Assembly (NCBI GenBank): GCA_963771275.1
Contig: CAVYSW010000003.1
Coordinates: 160,001 to 224,000, forward strand
Reading direction: 5' to 3'
DNA length: 64,000 nt
Origin: an uncultured Gemmatimonadales bacterium
GTDB lineage: Bacteria > Gemmatimonadota > Gemmatimonadetes > Gemmatimonadales > GWC2-71-9
The position numbers and the translations under genes are program-made. Shown here in pieces: positions 19,175 to 29,248 of the stretch. The notes beneath the pieces are model-generated. The model did not search any database, was not told where the DNA came from, and saw only the letters and a list, made by a program, of their open reading frames with translations. Every line of letters starts with the position of its first letter. The first letter of the stretch is position 1.

Positions 19175-21133
19175 TCAGCGACTCTGCGGGAAGAACCGGA
19201 ACACCCCCCAGGCTTCCACCGGCCGGCCGTTCTTGGTGGCCGGCTCGTAGCGCAGCCGGCGCGCGTGCCGCAGCGCCAGCGCCATGAAGGTCGGGTCCGG
19301 TGGGGTCCGGTTGCCCGGCGCCGACATCAGCGCCCGCCCCTCGACCGACACCCGCACCACGACCACCACCGGCTGAGGGGTTTGCGTCACCGACTCGTTG
19401 AGCGGCACGATCGCCTCGCCGAGCAGCCGCGGCGCAGTGTCGAAGCACAGGTGGCCGGCGTTGTATCCCGGCTGACCTGGTCGGTCGCATTGAGCCCCGG
19501 GCGCCGCAGCGCTGTCCCGCGGCGCCGGCGGGCGCGGTCGGGCAGCGGGCCGGCGCGGCGTCACGGGCGTCTCCGCCACGGCCGCACGGGTGAGCCTCGC
19601 GTCGACGAACGTCGATTCCGCCTTGCGAATCGTCACCAGGGAGGTGAAGGCGTTGTACCCCGCGGCCGTCACGCGCAGCCCGTAGGAGTTGAGCCCCAGA
19701 CCCAGAACGCTGTCCTGGTACGGGGTCTCCCCGATGAAGAACCGCGCTCCGGCCGGAGCACCCCGCACGACCAGCCAGCCCGTGTCCGGCAGCGCCGCGA
19801 GCCGTGCGGTCTCCACCTGCGCGATCGAATCGGCGCGGGCGGCGGAGTCGCCCGCCGCGAGCGCCGCCGAGTCGACGGGCGGCAGGGAGTCCGGGAGAGC
19901 GATCGTCAAGCTCGGCGGCTCCGCCTGGGACGCGTAGAACGCCCGATAGATGTAGTACCCGCCCACACCACCACCGCCCACCAGCACGGCCAGGCTTGCA
20001 ACGGCGAGCACCCCGCCGCGCCGGCGCCGCACCGGCGGCTCGGCCCGCGGCACGGGCGTGGTTGGGGTGGTCAGCCCGCTCGCGCGGCCGGCGGCGCCCG
20101 GCGGCGGCGGGACCGCGACGCGCGCCGCATCGTACGGCGCCATCGTGACCGTCGGGGCGGATTCGAGATCCTCGCCGAGCGAGGACAGCGACGGCCGCAT
20201 CTCGAGTTCCCGCACCAGATCCTCGGCGGTCTGGAACCGGTCCTCCGGCGCCTTGGCCATCATCCGCCGAATCACCACGAAGATGCGGCGCTGCTCGACG
20301 GTATCCAGCGCCGGCACCGGTAGCGCCTCCATGATGTGCTTGTAGCCGATCGAGAACGCGTCCTCGCCGTCGAACGGCACCTGGCCGACGAGGCACTGGT
20401 AGGCAACGACCCCCAGCGAGTAGAGGTCGCTCCGCCCATCGAGCGGCTGCGCGCGTGCCTGCTCCGGGCTCATGTAGTGCGGCGTCCCGATCGACATCCC
20501 CGTACCGGTCAGCCGCGTGCCCGACGCCGCCTTGGCAATGCCGAAGTCGGTCACCACGGCGTGGCCCAGCTCGTCGAACATGATGTTGTCGGGCTTCACG
20601 TCGCGGTGCACGATGCCGTGCTGGTGCGCGTAGCCGAGCGCGCGCGCGGCTTGGATCAGCAGGTCGCGGATTTCGGCCGGCGGCAGCCGTCCGCGCTGCG
20701 CGAGCCGCTCGGAGAGCGCCTGGCCCCGCAGCAGCTTCATCACGAAGTAGATGACGCGGGCGGCGCGGCCGACGCGATAGATCGGAATGATGTTGGGGTG
20801 CTCGAGCCGCGCCGCCGTCCGCGCCTCGCGCTGGAAGCGCTCGACGAACTCGGCGTCGAACGCGAGCGAGAACGGCAGGACCTTGAGCGCGACTTCCCGC
20901 TCGAGCTGCCGCTCCCGGGCGCGGAACACGATCGCCATCCCACCGCGCCCGAGCTCCTCGACGATCTCGTACTCGGCCGTGAGCGCGTCGCGAATGACGT
21001 CCACTTCGGTCCGCTCGCCGGAGGGCGCGGCACTGGGCGTCTTCACCGGCGTCGCCGTCGCGAGGTCCAGTCCGCACGACGGACAGAACCTCGCGGCGTC
21101 GTCAACCTGGTGACCGCACCGCGAACAGAACAC
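19175..21133 (-). CDS. Ser/Thr protein kinase: Zn ribbon-kinase-TM-PEGA-like-TonB C-terminal-like
   Basis: MFCSRC..FCPSC, LGRGGMA, VALK, HRDVKPDN, DFG, GTPHYMSPE; TM; C-terminal ALRHARRLRYEPATKNGRPV. Confidence 0.9.
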   Translation of the reverse strand: MFCSRCGHQVDDAARFCPSCGLDLATATPVKTPSAAPSGERTEVDVIRDALTAEYEIVEELGRGGMAIVFRARERQLEREVALKVLPFSLAFDAEFVERFQREARTAARLEHPNIIPIYRVGRAARVIYFVMKLLRGQALSERLAQRGRLPPAEIRDLLIQAARALGYAHQHGIVHRDVKPDNIMFDELGHAVVTDFGIAKAASGTRLTGTGMSIGTPHYMSPEQARAQPLDGRSDLYSLGVVAYQCLVGQVPFDGEDAFSIGYKHIMEALPVPALDTVEQRRIFVVIRRMMAKAPEDRFQTAEDLVRELEMRPSLSSLGEDLESAPTVTMAPYDAARVAVPPPPGAAGRASGLTTPTTPVPRAEPPVRRRRGGVLAVASLAVLVGGGGVGGYYIYRAFYASQAEPPSLTIALPDSLPPVDSAALAAGDSAARADSIAQVETARLAALPDTGWLVVRGAPAGARFFIGETPYQDSVLGLGLNSYGLRVTAAGYNAFTSLVTIRKAESTFVDARLTRAAVAETPVTPRRPAARPRPPAPRDSAAAPGAQCDRPGQPGYNAGHLCFDTAPRLLGEAIVPLNESVTQTPQPVVVVVRVSVEGRALMSAPGNRTPPDPTFMALALRHARRLRYEPATKNGRPVEAWGVFRFFPQSR

Positions 21134-21189
21134 GCGCGTTTCTCCTCGTACGGCGCAACTTGGGGAGGCCCTCTGGAAACCGCAATGGT

Positions 21190-23421
21190 CTAACGCGCCA
21201 CGACGCGGAACCGGACGTCTCGCCTGTGACGCACGTCACGGGAGGGGTCTTCGACGGTCAGCGAGAGCGTGTAGTCCCCCGGTCCGAGCGGCGCGAGGTT
21301 GACCGTCTGATGCGCGCGCATCGGGCGGGCGATCGTGAGGCCGTCGAACGAGAACGCCACCGGCGGCCGCCCCCCACCGAACAGGCGCCCGATGCGCGCG
21401 AAGATCGACGTGCGCGGGCGGCCGCGCACCTCGATCCGTGCCCGGTACGGCGTGCCGACCGGGAGTCCGTGCAGCTCGTAGTACAGCTCGAGGCTCGAGC
21501 CTTGCACATAGCTGCCCAGGGGACTGAGGTGCACCGTGTCATCCGCCGTCACCCAGCGCAGGCCGCCCCCGAGGTCGCCGAGCACCAGGTCCGAGATCAC
21601 GAGCCCGTCCGCGGCGAAGTCCGGGACCAGCACGCTGTCCACCTCCCCGAGGTCACCCGCCGATCCATCGGGGTCCATCAGCACCGCACGGAGGGTCCTG
21701 AGGCCCGGCTCGATCGGGACCTCCAGGTAGCCCGTCAGGTACTGATCGCCGCCCACCGGCTGGGCGGTGAGGAACAGGCGCGTCGTGTCGAGGAACACGG
21801 GTGGCGCGTCCCCCGCGCGCTGCACGAGCCGCAACTCCAGGGGGTACACCGTCTTGTCGCCGAGGGTGCGGGGAGCGAGCTGGGCGCCGGGCACGGCGAA
21901 CACGAACAGCAGCTGGGCGGTCGCCTCGGGACCGCCGACCACGTAGACCTGCGTGCGCGAGCGCAGCGGCTGGTCGAAGCGCAGCGGGAAGTCATCGGTG
22001 GTGGTCCCGACGCGGATGGCGCGGCGCCCGCGCCGTCGCTCGTTGGCGAGGTCGGTCTGCAACGCCGTCGCGCTGGTGGCGAGGCGGCGGTAGCTCGGGT
22101 CGAGCGCACCCCGGGATTCGAACAGGGCCGTGGCCCCCGGTGGCAGGCCGCGCCGTGCCTGCCACGAGACCGCCGCGCCGAACCCGTACACGTCGGCCAG
22201 GCTCTCGATCAGCTTGAAGTCCTGCACGTCGCCCTGCGCGACGAAGTGGAAGATCAGGTTGCCGCCCGCGCGCCGATACAGCCACGACTCGTTGGGCTCG
22301 ACATCGACGGAGATGTAGCGGGCTCGCTCGTCCGGCTCGCCGTGCCGGATGTAGATGACCCCGCGATCGTCCAGCAGGGTCTGGTCGCTGCGGTAGGGCT
22401 CGAGCGTGTACTGGCGGCGCGGGCTGGTGAGCCGGAACTGGCGCCACGCATAGAACAGCCGCCGATAGTGCTCGCCGATCCGCTCGCCGGATGCGCGACC
22501 GCTGGCCGCGTCGCGTCCCGCCCAGAACCGCGCGAGCCAGGTGGGGAGGTCGCCCGCGGCAAGCGCGTCGAACTGCGCCAGCTCCTCCGGCGTGGCGATC
22601 CAGCTCAGGTCCTCGCGGTAGCCCGACTGCGCCACCGAGTCGCGGACCCGCGCCGCGCCGGCGTAGTACGCCTCACGTCCCGCCCCGATGCGTCGCAGGA
22701 AGAACTGCGTGCGCGCCTGCTCGAGCAGCCCGAGCGCCGAGTCACCACCCACGGCGACGTAGGCTCGGAACCCGACGAGCGCCGAGTCGCCCTCGCCCAG
22801 GTCGCGCTCGACCCGGCCGCGGGCGAGCTGGACGGCCGCCACGGCCCCGGCCTCGGTGGCCACGGCGGCCCGCAGCGCGCTCTGCACGACCGCGAGGCGC
22901 TGGTGGATGCGCTGGCGTCGCGCGGTCTCGGCGAGGTCCACGACCGCGACCGCGAACGCCGGGTCCGCCGTCGCGGCGCGGGCGAAGGCGCGCGCGGCCT
23001 TGGACAACGCGTCCATGCCGAATGCCGCTTTGATGTTCTCGATCACCGCGCCGCCCTGCTCGCCAATGGCGAGCTCGGCAAGGCCGAGACCGTACCACGC
23101 ATGCGGCCAGGTGGGCTGCAACTCCCCCGCCCACTCGAACTCGCCCGCCGCATCGTCGAAGTGCTTGCGGCCTCCAGTCACCTCACCGAGGCGGAAGGCC
23201 AGGTACCCCAGCTCGAGGTGGATCAGGGCGTTGTCCCGATCCTGCTTGGCGCGCTCGATCCCGGCCTGCTCGCGCGCCAAGAGCACGGTCGAGTCCGAGA
23301 TCCCGGCGAATACCGCGCGCAGCGAGTCCAGCCACCCCCGCTCGGCGGGCGCCTGCGCGGACGCCGCTCGCCCGAGCACCACGAGCAGCACGACGGCGAT
23401 CGCAACACGCTTGAGCATCAC
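21190..23421 (-). CDS. secreted TPR plus GWxTD-like domain protein
   Basis: Signal peptide; TPR-like AWYGLGLA; FWAGRD, EHYRRLFYA, DDRGVIYIRHGEPD, NESWLY; C-terminal Ig-like GDYTLSLTV. Confidence 0.75.
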   Translation of the reverse strand: MMLKRVAIAVVLLVVLGRAASAQAPAERGWLDSLRAVFAGISDSTVLLAREQAGIERAKQDRDNALIHLELGYLAFRLGEVTGGRKHFDDAAGEFEWAGELQPTWPHAWYGLGLAELAIGEQGGAVIENIKAAFGMDALSKAARAFARAATADPAFAVAVVDLAETARRQRIHQRLAVVQSALRAAVATEAGAVAAVQLARGRVERDLGEGDSALVGFRAYVAVGGDSALGLLEQARTQFFLRRIGAGREAYYAGAARVRDSVAQSGYREDLSWIATPEELAQFDALAAGDLPTWLARFWAGRDAASGRASGERIGEHYRRLFYAWRQFRLTSPRRQYTLEPYRSDQTLLDDRGVIYIRHGEPDERARYISVDVEPNESWLYRRAGGNLIFHFVAQGDVQDFKLIESLADVYGFGAAVSWQARRGLPPGATALFESRGALDPSYRRLATSATALQTDLANERRRGRRAIRVGTTTDDFPLRFDQPLRSRTQVYVVGGPEATAQLLFVFAVPGAQLAPRTLGDKTVYPLELRLVQRAGDAPPVFLDTTRLFLTAQPVGGDQYLTGYLEVPIEPGLRTLRAVLMDPDGSAGDLGEVDSVLVPDFAADGLVISDLVLGDLGGGLRWVTADDTVHLSPLGSYVQGSSLELYYELHGLPVGTPYRARIEVRGRPRTSIFARIGRLFGGGRPPVAFSFDGLTIARPMRAHQTVNLAPLGPGDYTLSLTVEDPSRDVRHRRDVRFRVVAR

Positions 23422-23529
23422 AGATTCCTACCCGACGCCGCGCACCCGGTTCAGCTCACGCCGGGGCGCCCGGGGATCGCCACCGCTCCGCTTGCGTGGA
23501 GCGCCGACGATGGGGAACGACCGGCATCG

Positions 23530-26355
23530 CTAGAACGCCGTCCCCAGCGCAATGTACCCGCGCACGTCGCCCCGGGCGGCTCCCAGCCCGTCCGCCAGCG
23601 CCACCGCGACGCCGGCCCGCGCGCGCACCACCACGTCGAACCCGGTGATCACGTCCGCCACCGCCTCTCCCCCGACGTCCCGGTAGGCCGCAGGCCTGGC
23701 GGGCTCGCCCTCGCGCCAGCCCCCACCGACCTCGCCGAAGGCGGTGAGCGAGACCCGATCAATGCCGAGCGGGAGCGCGAGCCAGGACCGGCCGACGAGC
23801 CACAGCGGCACGCGGAGCTCGAGAATCCCGATCGTCGCCCTGGTGAACCGCTCGCCGTTCGGCGGGTAGCCGCGCAGCGGGAACGCGCGGCGCCTCCCCA
23901 CCGACCAGCCGGGCCCGATCTCCCACGGCTCGCTCGACGTGCCGCCGAGCGCGTAGAGCGGCGCGCCCGGGCCCCACGTGGCACCCGCCCGGACCGTCCC
24001 CGCCAGCACCACCCGGGCGAACGCGCGCGGCGGGAGGGCGACGTAGCCCGCGGCCGAGGCCCGTCCCTCCGTTGACCACCTGGTGCCGCCGATCTCCCGG
24101 CGATACCGGAACGCGGCGGACAGGGCCGCGCCGTCTTCCGGCGAGATCGCGAGCGCGGGCCGGTGAGTGTGGCTCACGGCCACGCTGAGCACGCCGCCGG
24201 CGTACGTCGGAGCGGCGAACTGCGGCCCACCCGAGTCGAGCGCGATGACGCTGTTGCGTTCCACGACGCCGCCGACGCGCGCCGCGACCGCCGTTCGCCA
24301 GCGCCGCCAGCGCAGCGTGACCCCGCCGGCCAGCGCCCGCGCCCGTTCGCCGAGATCCACCGTGTCGCCGCTCCCGCGCACGTAGCGGCCGGCATCGCTC
24401 CAGGTCTGCGACAGCGACAGGTCGAGCGCGGCGCGCTGCCAGCGCTGGTGGGTCAGCCCCACAGCCATCTCCCAGCGCCCCGGTCCCGGCGCGACCTCGA
24501 TGCTCACGCCGTACTGCGTCCGGCCGATCGGGTCGGCGCCGCCGGTCGAGCCCCCCACGAACAGGCCCGTCGTCCGCTCATCGTGCAGCAACGGCACCCA
24601 GTAGCGCGGCACCAGCGCCGGCCACGGGTTGAACGCCGTTCCGCCCGTCAACGACACCCCCCCGGCCGGGGCGACGTCCGGCACGGCGCTCGCCGCGACG
24701 ACCGGAACGCCCGCGAGCGGGCCATCGCGCCGCACCACCGCGTATCCGTCGGGCAGCACGGTCTCGTACAGCAGCGCCCCGTCGGGGAGGAGCGCCGGCT
24801 CGCGCGCGCCCGCAGGCTCGTCCGTGAGCCGCACGAGCCGGCCGGTCGCGACGTCGTACCGCAGAATCTGCGGCACGGCGCCCTCGCCCCGCTCCGATGC
24901 GAACACGATGCCGGTTCCGTCAGGGCTCCACGCGGGATCGGCATCGAGCGCCGCGTCGTCCGTGACCGCACGCGCGGCCGTCGGGCTCCCGATCGGCCAG
25001 AGGACGATGTCCCACCGGCCCCCCAAGTGCCGGGCGGCGACGATGTGACCGCCATCGGGCGATACCGCCGCGCGGCCCCAGTCATCGGCGGGCGGCGCGG
25101 CGAACGGCTCGAAGCCCCCCGTCGCGTCAACCGCCCCCAGCTGCCGGCCCCCAGCATCGAGCCGCACGGCGCCGACTTTGCCCCCCGCCACCGCGAACGG
25201 CGCCCCGAGCCGCGCCCCACGCGTCACGCGCCGCCACGCGCCGTCGGGCCGCCAGGCGTACAGATCGCCGCGCACCGCGACCGGTGAGGTGAAGTCGAGC
25301 TGGGTGACCCACACCGTGTCGCCGGACCACGCGAGGTCCGCCTCACCCGTGATGCCGTGCGCGGCGAGCGTCGTGTCACCGCGGACCGTGCGGCGCACGA
25401 CGGCGGGCGCAGTCACGCCGTCGTCCCGCACGAACGCCATCTCGCGCCCGCCGGACGCCACCCGCAGGTGCGGCTCTTGGCGCAGGCCGCGCACCACGAT
25501 CGCGCCGGCCGGACCGGGCGCGACGGGCCGCGCGGCGTCCCGCAGCGCCACCCAGCCCTGCTCGACCGAATCACCGCCCACCAGGCGGAGCGGCCGCGTC
25601 GTCCCGAAGGCCCACAGCTGCGCCGCAGAGCGCTCGACGAACCGTGGGATGAGGGAATCGCCGAACCGCGCGGTCTCCCGGGTGAAGAAGCGCGAGCCCC
25701 ACGCGTACGGGCGCTGGCCGGCCGGCCAGACCGGGCTGCCGAACGTCGCGTCCCCCGGGCCGGGCCAGCGCGGCGACGGGGCAAGCGCGGTGAGGAGCTG
25801 CGTGTGGAGCCCGCCGCGCACCCGGCCGGCCGCCGTGAAGCGGGACTCGTAGTAGACCGCGAGCCCCTCGCTCACCCACGACGGCTGGTACGCGTTGGGG
25901 AACAGCCCGGGGTTCCGACCGAGGACGGCGCGCAGCACCCCCCAAATCCCGCGTGCGCGGTCGAGGTGGAACACGTGCACCAGCTCGTGCGTCGTGACGA
26001 GCCGGAGCCAGCTGTCGTAGTTGCCCAGCTCCGGGTCGGTCGCGGGAGCGGGGAGGTAGATGACGATGCGGTTGGACGGGAAGGTCGAGGTGAAGCCGTT
26101 GGAGAAGTCGACGTTGTCGAGCAGCGTGAGATCGATCCGGCCACGCGGCGCATGCAGCTCGCCGGCCAGGAGCGTCCACGCGCGCTCCGCCTCGGCGGCA
26201 AGCACTCGCGCCGGCGCCGCAAGCCGCGGCGGCGCGTGAATCCGGAAGTGGGGCGACGTCCACGTGCGCCACGCGCCGGACGGGTCCACCTGCGCGCACG
26301 CGGGGCGCACGATGAGCGCCAGTGCGAGCGCGGCGCCCGCCACCGGCCGGATCAC
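23530..26355 (-). CDS. outer membrane protein: gluzincin-like peptidase domain, TolB/PD40 propeller, Omp85-like barrel
   Basis: Signal peptide; HELVH...WVSEGLAVY; AVSPDG/PAWSPDG repeats; FPLRGY; ends GTAF; GTGA overlap with amidase stop. Confidence 0.75.
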   Translation of the reverse strand: MIRPVAGAALALALIVRPACAQVDPSGAWRTWTSPHFRIHAPPRLAAPARVLAAEAERAWTLLAGELHAPRGRIDLTLLDNVDFSNGFTSTFPSNRIVIYLPAPATDPELGNYDSWLRLVTTHELVHVFHLDRARGIWGVLRAVLGRNPGLFPNAYQPSWVSEGLAVYYESRFTAAGRVRGGLHTQLLTALAPSPRWPGPGDATFGSPVWPAGQRPYAWGSRFFTRETARFGDSLIPRFVERSAAQLWAFGTTRPLRLVGGDSVEQGWVALRDAARPVAPGPAGAIVVRGLRQEPHLRVASGGREMAFVRDDGVTAPAVVRRTVRGDTTLAAHGITGEADLAWSGDTVWVTQLDFTSPVAVRGDLYAWRPDGAWRRVTRGARLGAPFAVAGGKVGAVRLDAGGRQLGAVDATGGFEPFAAPPADDWGRAAVSPDGGHIVAARHLGGRWDIVLWPIGSPTAARAVTDDAALDADPAWSPDGTGIVFASERGEGAVPQILRYDVATGRLVRLTDEPAGAREPALLPDGALLYETVLPDGYAVVRRDGPLAGVPVVAASAVPDVAPAGGVSLTGGTAFNPWPALVPRYWVPLLHDERTTGLFVGGSTGGADPIGRTQYGVSIEVAPGPGRWEMAVGLTHQRWQRAALDLSLSQTWSDAGRYVRGSGDTVDLGERARALAGGVTLRWRRWRTAVAARVGGVVERNSVIALDSGGPQFAAPTYAGGVLSVAVSHTHRPALAISPEDGAALSAAFRYRREIGGTRWSTEGRASAAGYVALPPRAFARVVLAGTVRAGATWGPGAPLYALGGTSSEPWEIGPGWSVGRRRAFPLRGYPPNGERFTRATIGILELRVPLWLVGRSWLALPLGIDRVSLTAFGEVGGGWREGEPARPAAYRDVGGEAVADVITGFDVVVRARAGVAVALADGLGAARGDVRGYIALGTAF

Positions 26356-28274
26356 CGCCGTGCGGCCCACTCCCGCAGAAACGCGGCCGCCCCCGCGGCG
26401 ATGCCGCGCGCGTAGCGCTCCTGGCCCGCGGCGCTCGTGAGCATCGCTTCCTGCTCGGGGATCATCAGGAACAGGCCCTCGGTGAGCACCGCGGGCATCC
26501 AGGTCGGCCGCGCGAGGGCGAGATCGCCGCGCCCCATGCCGAGGTCGCGCAGTCCGAGCTCGTGCACCAGCGCCCGCTGCATCGCGCGGGCAAGCGCCGC
26601 GCTGCGCGGCTGGAAGTAGTAGGTGCTCGTGCCGTTGTTCACAAATGGGTTCACGCCGTCTGGCAGCGCATTCGCGTGAATCGAGATCAGCAGGTCGGCG
26701 TCCGCCGCCTCGGCGGCCGCCGTGCGCTCCACGAGCCCGAGGGGCGCCGCGTCGGGACGCACCTGCACGACCCGGGCGCCGGCCCGCTCCAGCAGTTCCT
26801 GCGCCCGCCGCGCGACGGCGAGCACGACATCCGCCTCGTACGCGCCGGTCGGGCCCGTGGCGCCGAGCGGCGGGTGGCCGGCGTCCAGCGCGATGACCCG
26901 GCCGCGCAACGGGTGCCGCCGATCGATGACCGGCGGCCGGCGGATCTCGAGTAGCAGGTCGCTGCCCGACCAGCGGGTGCGGTATCCCCACAGCGGACGC
27001 GCGAGGTCCACCGTCACCTGCGTCTCATCCTCGGCGGGGACGGCGAACCGAATCAGACCGACCAGGGAGTCCGTCCCGCCGTACTGAATCCAGTCGGCGT
27101 CGGCCGCCACCCCATAGAGCGTGAGCGTGAGACGGCGATCGTCCTCGTCCACGCGGAACGGCACCCGGCCGGGGAGCGGCACGCGCAGCGTGACGGACCG
27201 CGGTTCCGGGTAGAGGCGCAGCGGCAGCATCGCGCCACGGAGCGGCGGCGTCCCGTCCGGCAGCGGCTGCACGTCGCTCGCGTCGACCCACGCGACGCTC
27301 CCGGCCGAGAGCTGCAGCCGGGCCTGATCGTTCCAGCGACCGCTCACCACCGCCCGCGTCCCATTGGGGAAGGACCAATTGTAGGTCGCGTGCGGGGCGG
27401 GGCGGCCGGCGAGCGACCGGTCGGTCGTGCCCGTGCGGGCCGTGTCATCGTCCACGATGGCGACCGTGGGCCGCCGCGCGTCGAGGACGGCGATGCGCAG
27501 CGGCCAGCGCACGCGGACCGTGTCGTCCTGCGCGATCGCTTCCACCCACGCGGCCGTCGTGCTGTCGGCCACCGGCCGGCCGAGCACGGGGCCGGGATCC
27601 GGTCCCAGCGCGCCCACCCACCAGGCCGCGTACCGGTCATCGCGCGGCGGTCGCGGGGCACGTGCAGCCGTGCCGAACGCCTGCTCGCCCCCGGACACCG
27701 GCAGCGATACCGTGTCCGGCACGAACGGTACGATCGAGGAGTCCGGGAGCACGAGGCGCACCTCGGCCCCCGGTGAGGCACGGACCCGGAGGGCGACCCC
27801 CTCCCCCTCCCGCAGCCACACGGCCCCGGTCGGGGAGAGCGACGTCGTGTCCACCCACGGGCCGTCCGCGGGCGGCACGAAGCGGTGCGGCAGCGCGGCC
27901 AAGAACACCAGGCTGTCCGTCGCATCGCCGACCGTCGCAACCAGCGTGAACCGCGCCACCGTATCGTCCGGCAGCGGCAGCCACGCGATCCACCCGCCAC
28001 CGCTGGCGACCGGTACGACCACGCCGTTCACGCGCAGGACGGCGTCCGGCCGGCCGACCGAGCCGAACACGAACGCGGAATCGCGACTCTCGATGGGGTG
28101 GGTCGCGCGCCAGCCGATGCTGTCGCGCGCCAGCGGAGGATAGACGACGCGGATCGACGGTGGACCGGTGGCGGGCACCGGGCTGATGGCCGACGCCCCT
28201 CCCAGCCCCCTGCCACAGGCCGCCACCAGGGCGAGGGTGGCGCAAGTTCCCGGGCGCCAAGACCGCCGCCACAT
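26352..28274 (-). CDS. N-acetylmuramoyl-L-alanine amidase (Amidase_3), lipoprotein
   Basis: LVAAC lipobox; IALDAGH, E, LISIHANA, PAVLTE. Confidence 0.9.
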   Translation of the reverse strand: MWRRSWRPGTCATLALVAACGRGLGGASAISPVPATGPPSIRVVYPPLARDSIGWRATHPIESRDSAFVFGSVGRPDAVLRVNGVVVPVASGGGWIAWLPLPDDTVARFTLVATVGDATDSLVFLAALPHRFVPPADGPWVDTTSLSPTGAVWLREGEGVALRVRASPGAEVRLVLPDSSIVPFVPDTVSLPVSGGEQAFGTAARAPRPPRDDRYAAWWVGALGPDPGPVLGRPVADSTTAAWVEAIAQDDTVRVRWPLRIAVLDARRPTVAIVDDDTARTGTTDRSLAGRPAPHATYNWSFPNGTRAVVSGRWNDQARLQLSAGSVAWVDASDVQPLPDGTPPLRGAMLPLRLYPEPRSVTLRVPLPGRVPFRVDEDDRRLTLTLYGVAADADWIQYGGTDSLVGLIRFAVPAEDETQVTVDLARPLWGYRTRWSGSDLLLEIRRPPVIDRRHPLRGRVIALDAGHPPLGATGPTGAYEADVVLAVARRAQELLERAGARVVQVRPDAAPLGLVERTAAAEAADADLLISIHANALPDGVNPFVNNGTSTYYFQPRSAALARAMQRALVHELGLRDLGMGRGDLALARPTWMPAVLTEGLFLMIPEQEAMLTSAAGQERYARGIAAGAAAFLREWAARR

Positions 28275-28282
28275 AGGGGCGG

Positions 28283-28349
28283 AACCTACACAGCTTCAAC
28301 AACCTACGTCAAATCCGCGTTGACCGGGCTGTAGGCGTGGTGATAGATT
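28283..28349. promoter_or_regulatory. back-to-back divergent sigma70-type promoters
   Basis: Minus: TTGACG-18-TAGGTT (28312-28283). Plus: TTGACC-18-(TGn)TAGATT (28320-28349). Confidence 0.6.
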
Positions 28350-28387
28350 GGCCTCGCCCCAGGCCCTTCACGGGAGAGTCTCCGCCG

Positions 28388-29248
28388 GTGGCTCAGTGCG
28401 ACCATTGTGGCGCCCAGAATGACGGTGTCTCCACGTACTGCGGGCAGTGCGGCAAGCCGCTCGATCCCGCCAAACGACCCGTGACCAAGCCGTCGTTCCC
28501 CGCTCGGGCGTCCGACGCGCGGCCCTCCGCCGCCGTGTGTCCGCAGTGCGGCCAGGCGCTCGCCCACCACCGCAGCTCGACGCCGCTCGAGCGCGCCCGG
28601 GCGGTCACCCAGCTCGACGAGGCCGGCGCGGAGGTGGCACGCTTTCTCCTCAGGCGCGAAGAAACCTCGATCGGCCGGGTCGACGCCGACATCGCGTTCC
28701 CCGACGACGACTTCGTTTCGCCGATCCACGCGCAGCTGAGCGTGCGCGGGGGAGCGGCGTATGTCCGCGACCTGGGCAGTCGGAACGGGACCTGGTGTTT
28801 CCTCGACGGCCCGTACGTGCTGCAGGATGGCGACCTCCTGCTGATCGGGTCGCAGGTGCTGCGGTTCCGCCGGTTGGGGTATCCGGGCCCCCAGCCGCCG
28901 GAGCAGGACCAGACGCGACGACTCGGCAGCTCGACCCCCGGCGCGGACATTGCAAGCCTCACGCAGCTGCGGGGCGACACCTCCAGCCGGGACGTGCTGC
29001 ATCTCTCCGCCGGGCGCGATGTCGTGATCGGGCGGGAGCGCGGCGACTGGGTGTTCCCGTACGACCTGTCGATGAGCGGCCGGCATGCCGAGGTGCTGTC
29101 GCGCGACGCCGACTTCGTGCTGCAGGACGCCGGGAGCCGGAATGGCGTGGCCATTGCGGTGCGCGGTGAGGTGCGGCTGGCCCCCGGGGCCAAGATCCTG
29201 GTGGGGGACAAGCTGCTGAGAATCGACGAGGGAGCGACCCCGGCGTGA
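28388..29248 (+). CDS. zinc-ribbon plus tandem FHA domain protein
   Basis: CDHC..CGQC, CPQC; two FHA motifs IGR..VSPIHA..DLGSRNGT and IGR..MSGRHA..GSRNGV; SD GGAGAG. Confidence 0.88.
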   Translation: MAQCDHCGAQNDGVSTYCGQCGKPLDPAKRPVTKPSFPARASDARPSAAVCPQCGQALAHHRSSTPLERARAVTQLDEAGAEVARFLLRREETSIGRVDADIAFPDDDFVSPIHAQLSVRGGAAYVRDLGSRNGTWCFLDGPYVLQDGDLLLIGSQVLRFRRLGYPGPQPPEQDQTRRLGSSTPGADIASLTQLRGDTSSRDVLHLSAGRDVVIGRERGDWVFPYDLSMSGRHAEVLSRDADFVLQDAGSRNGVAIAVRGEVRLAPGAKILVGDKLLRIDEGATPA

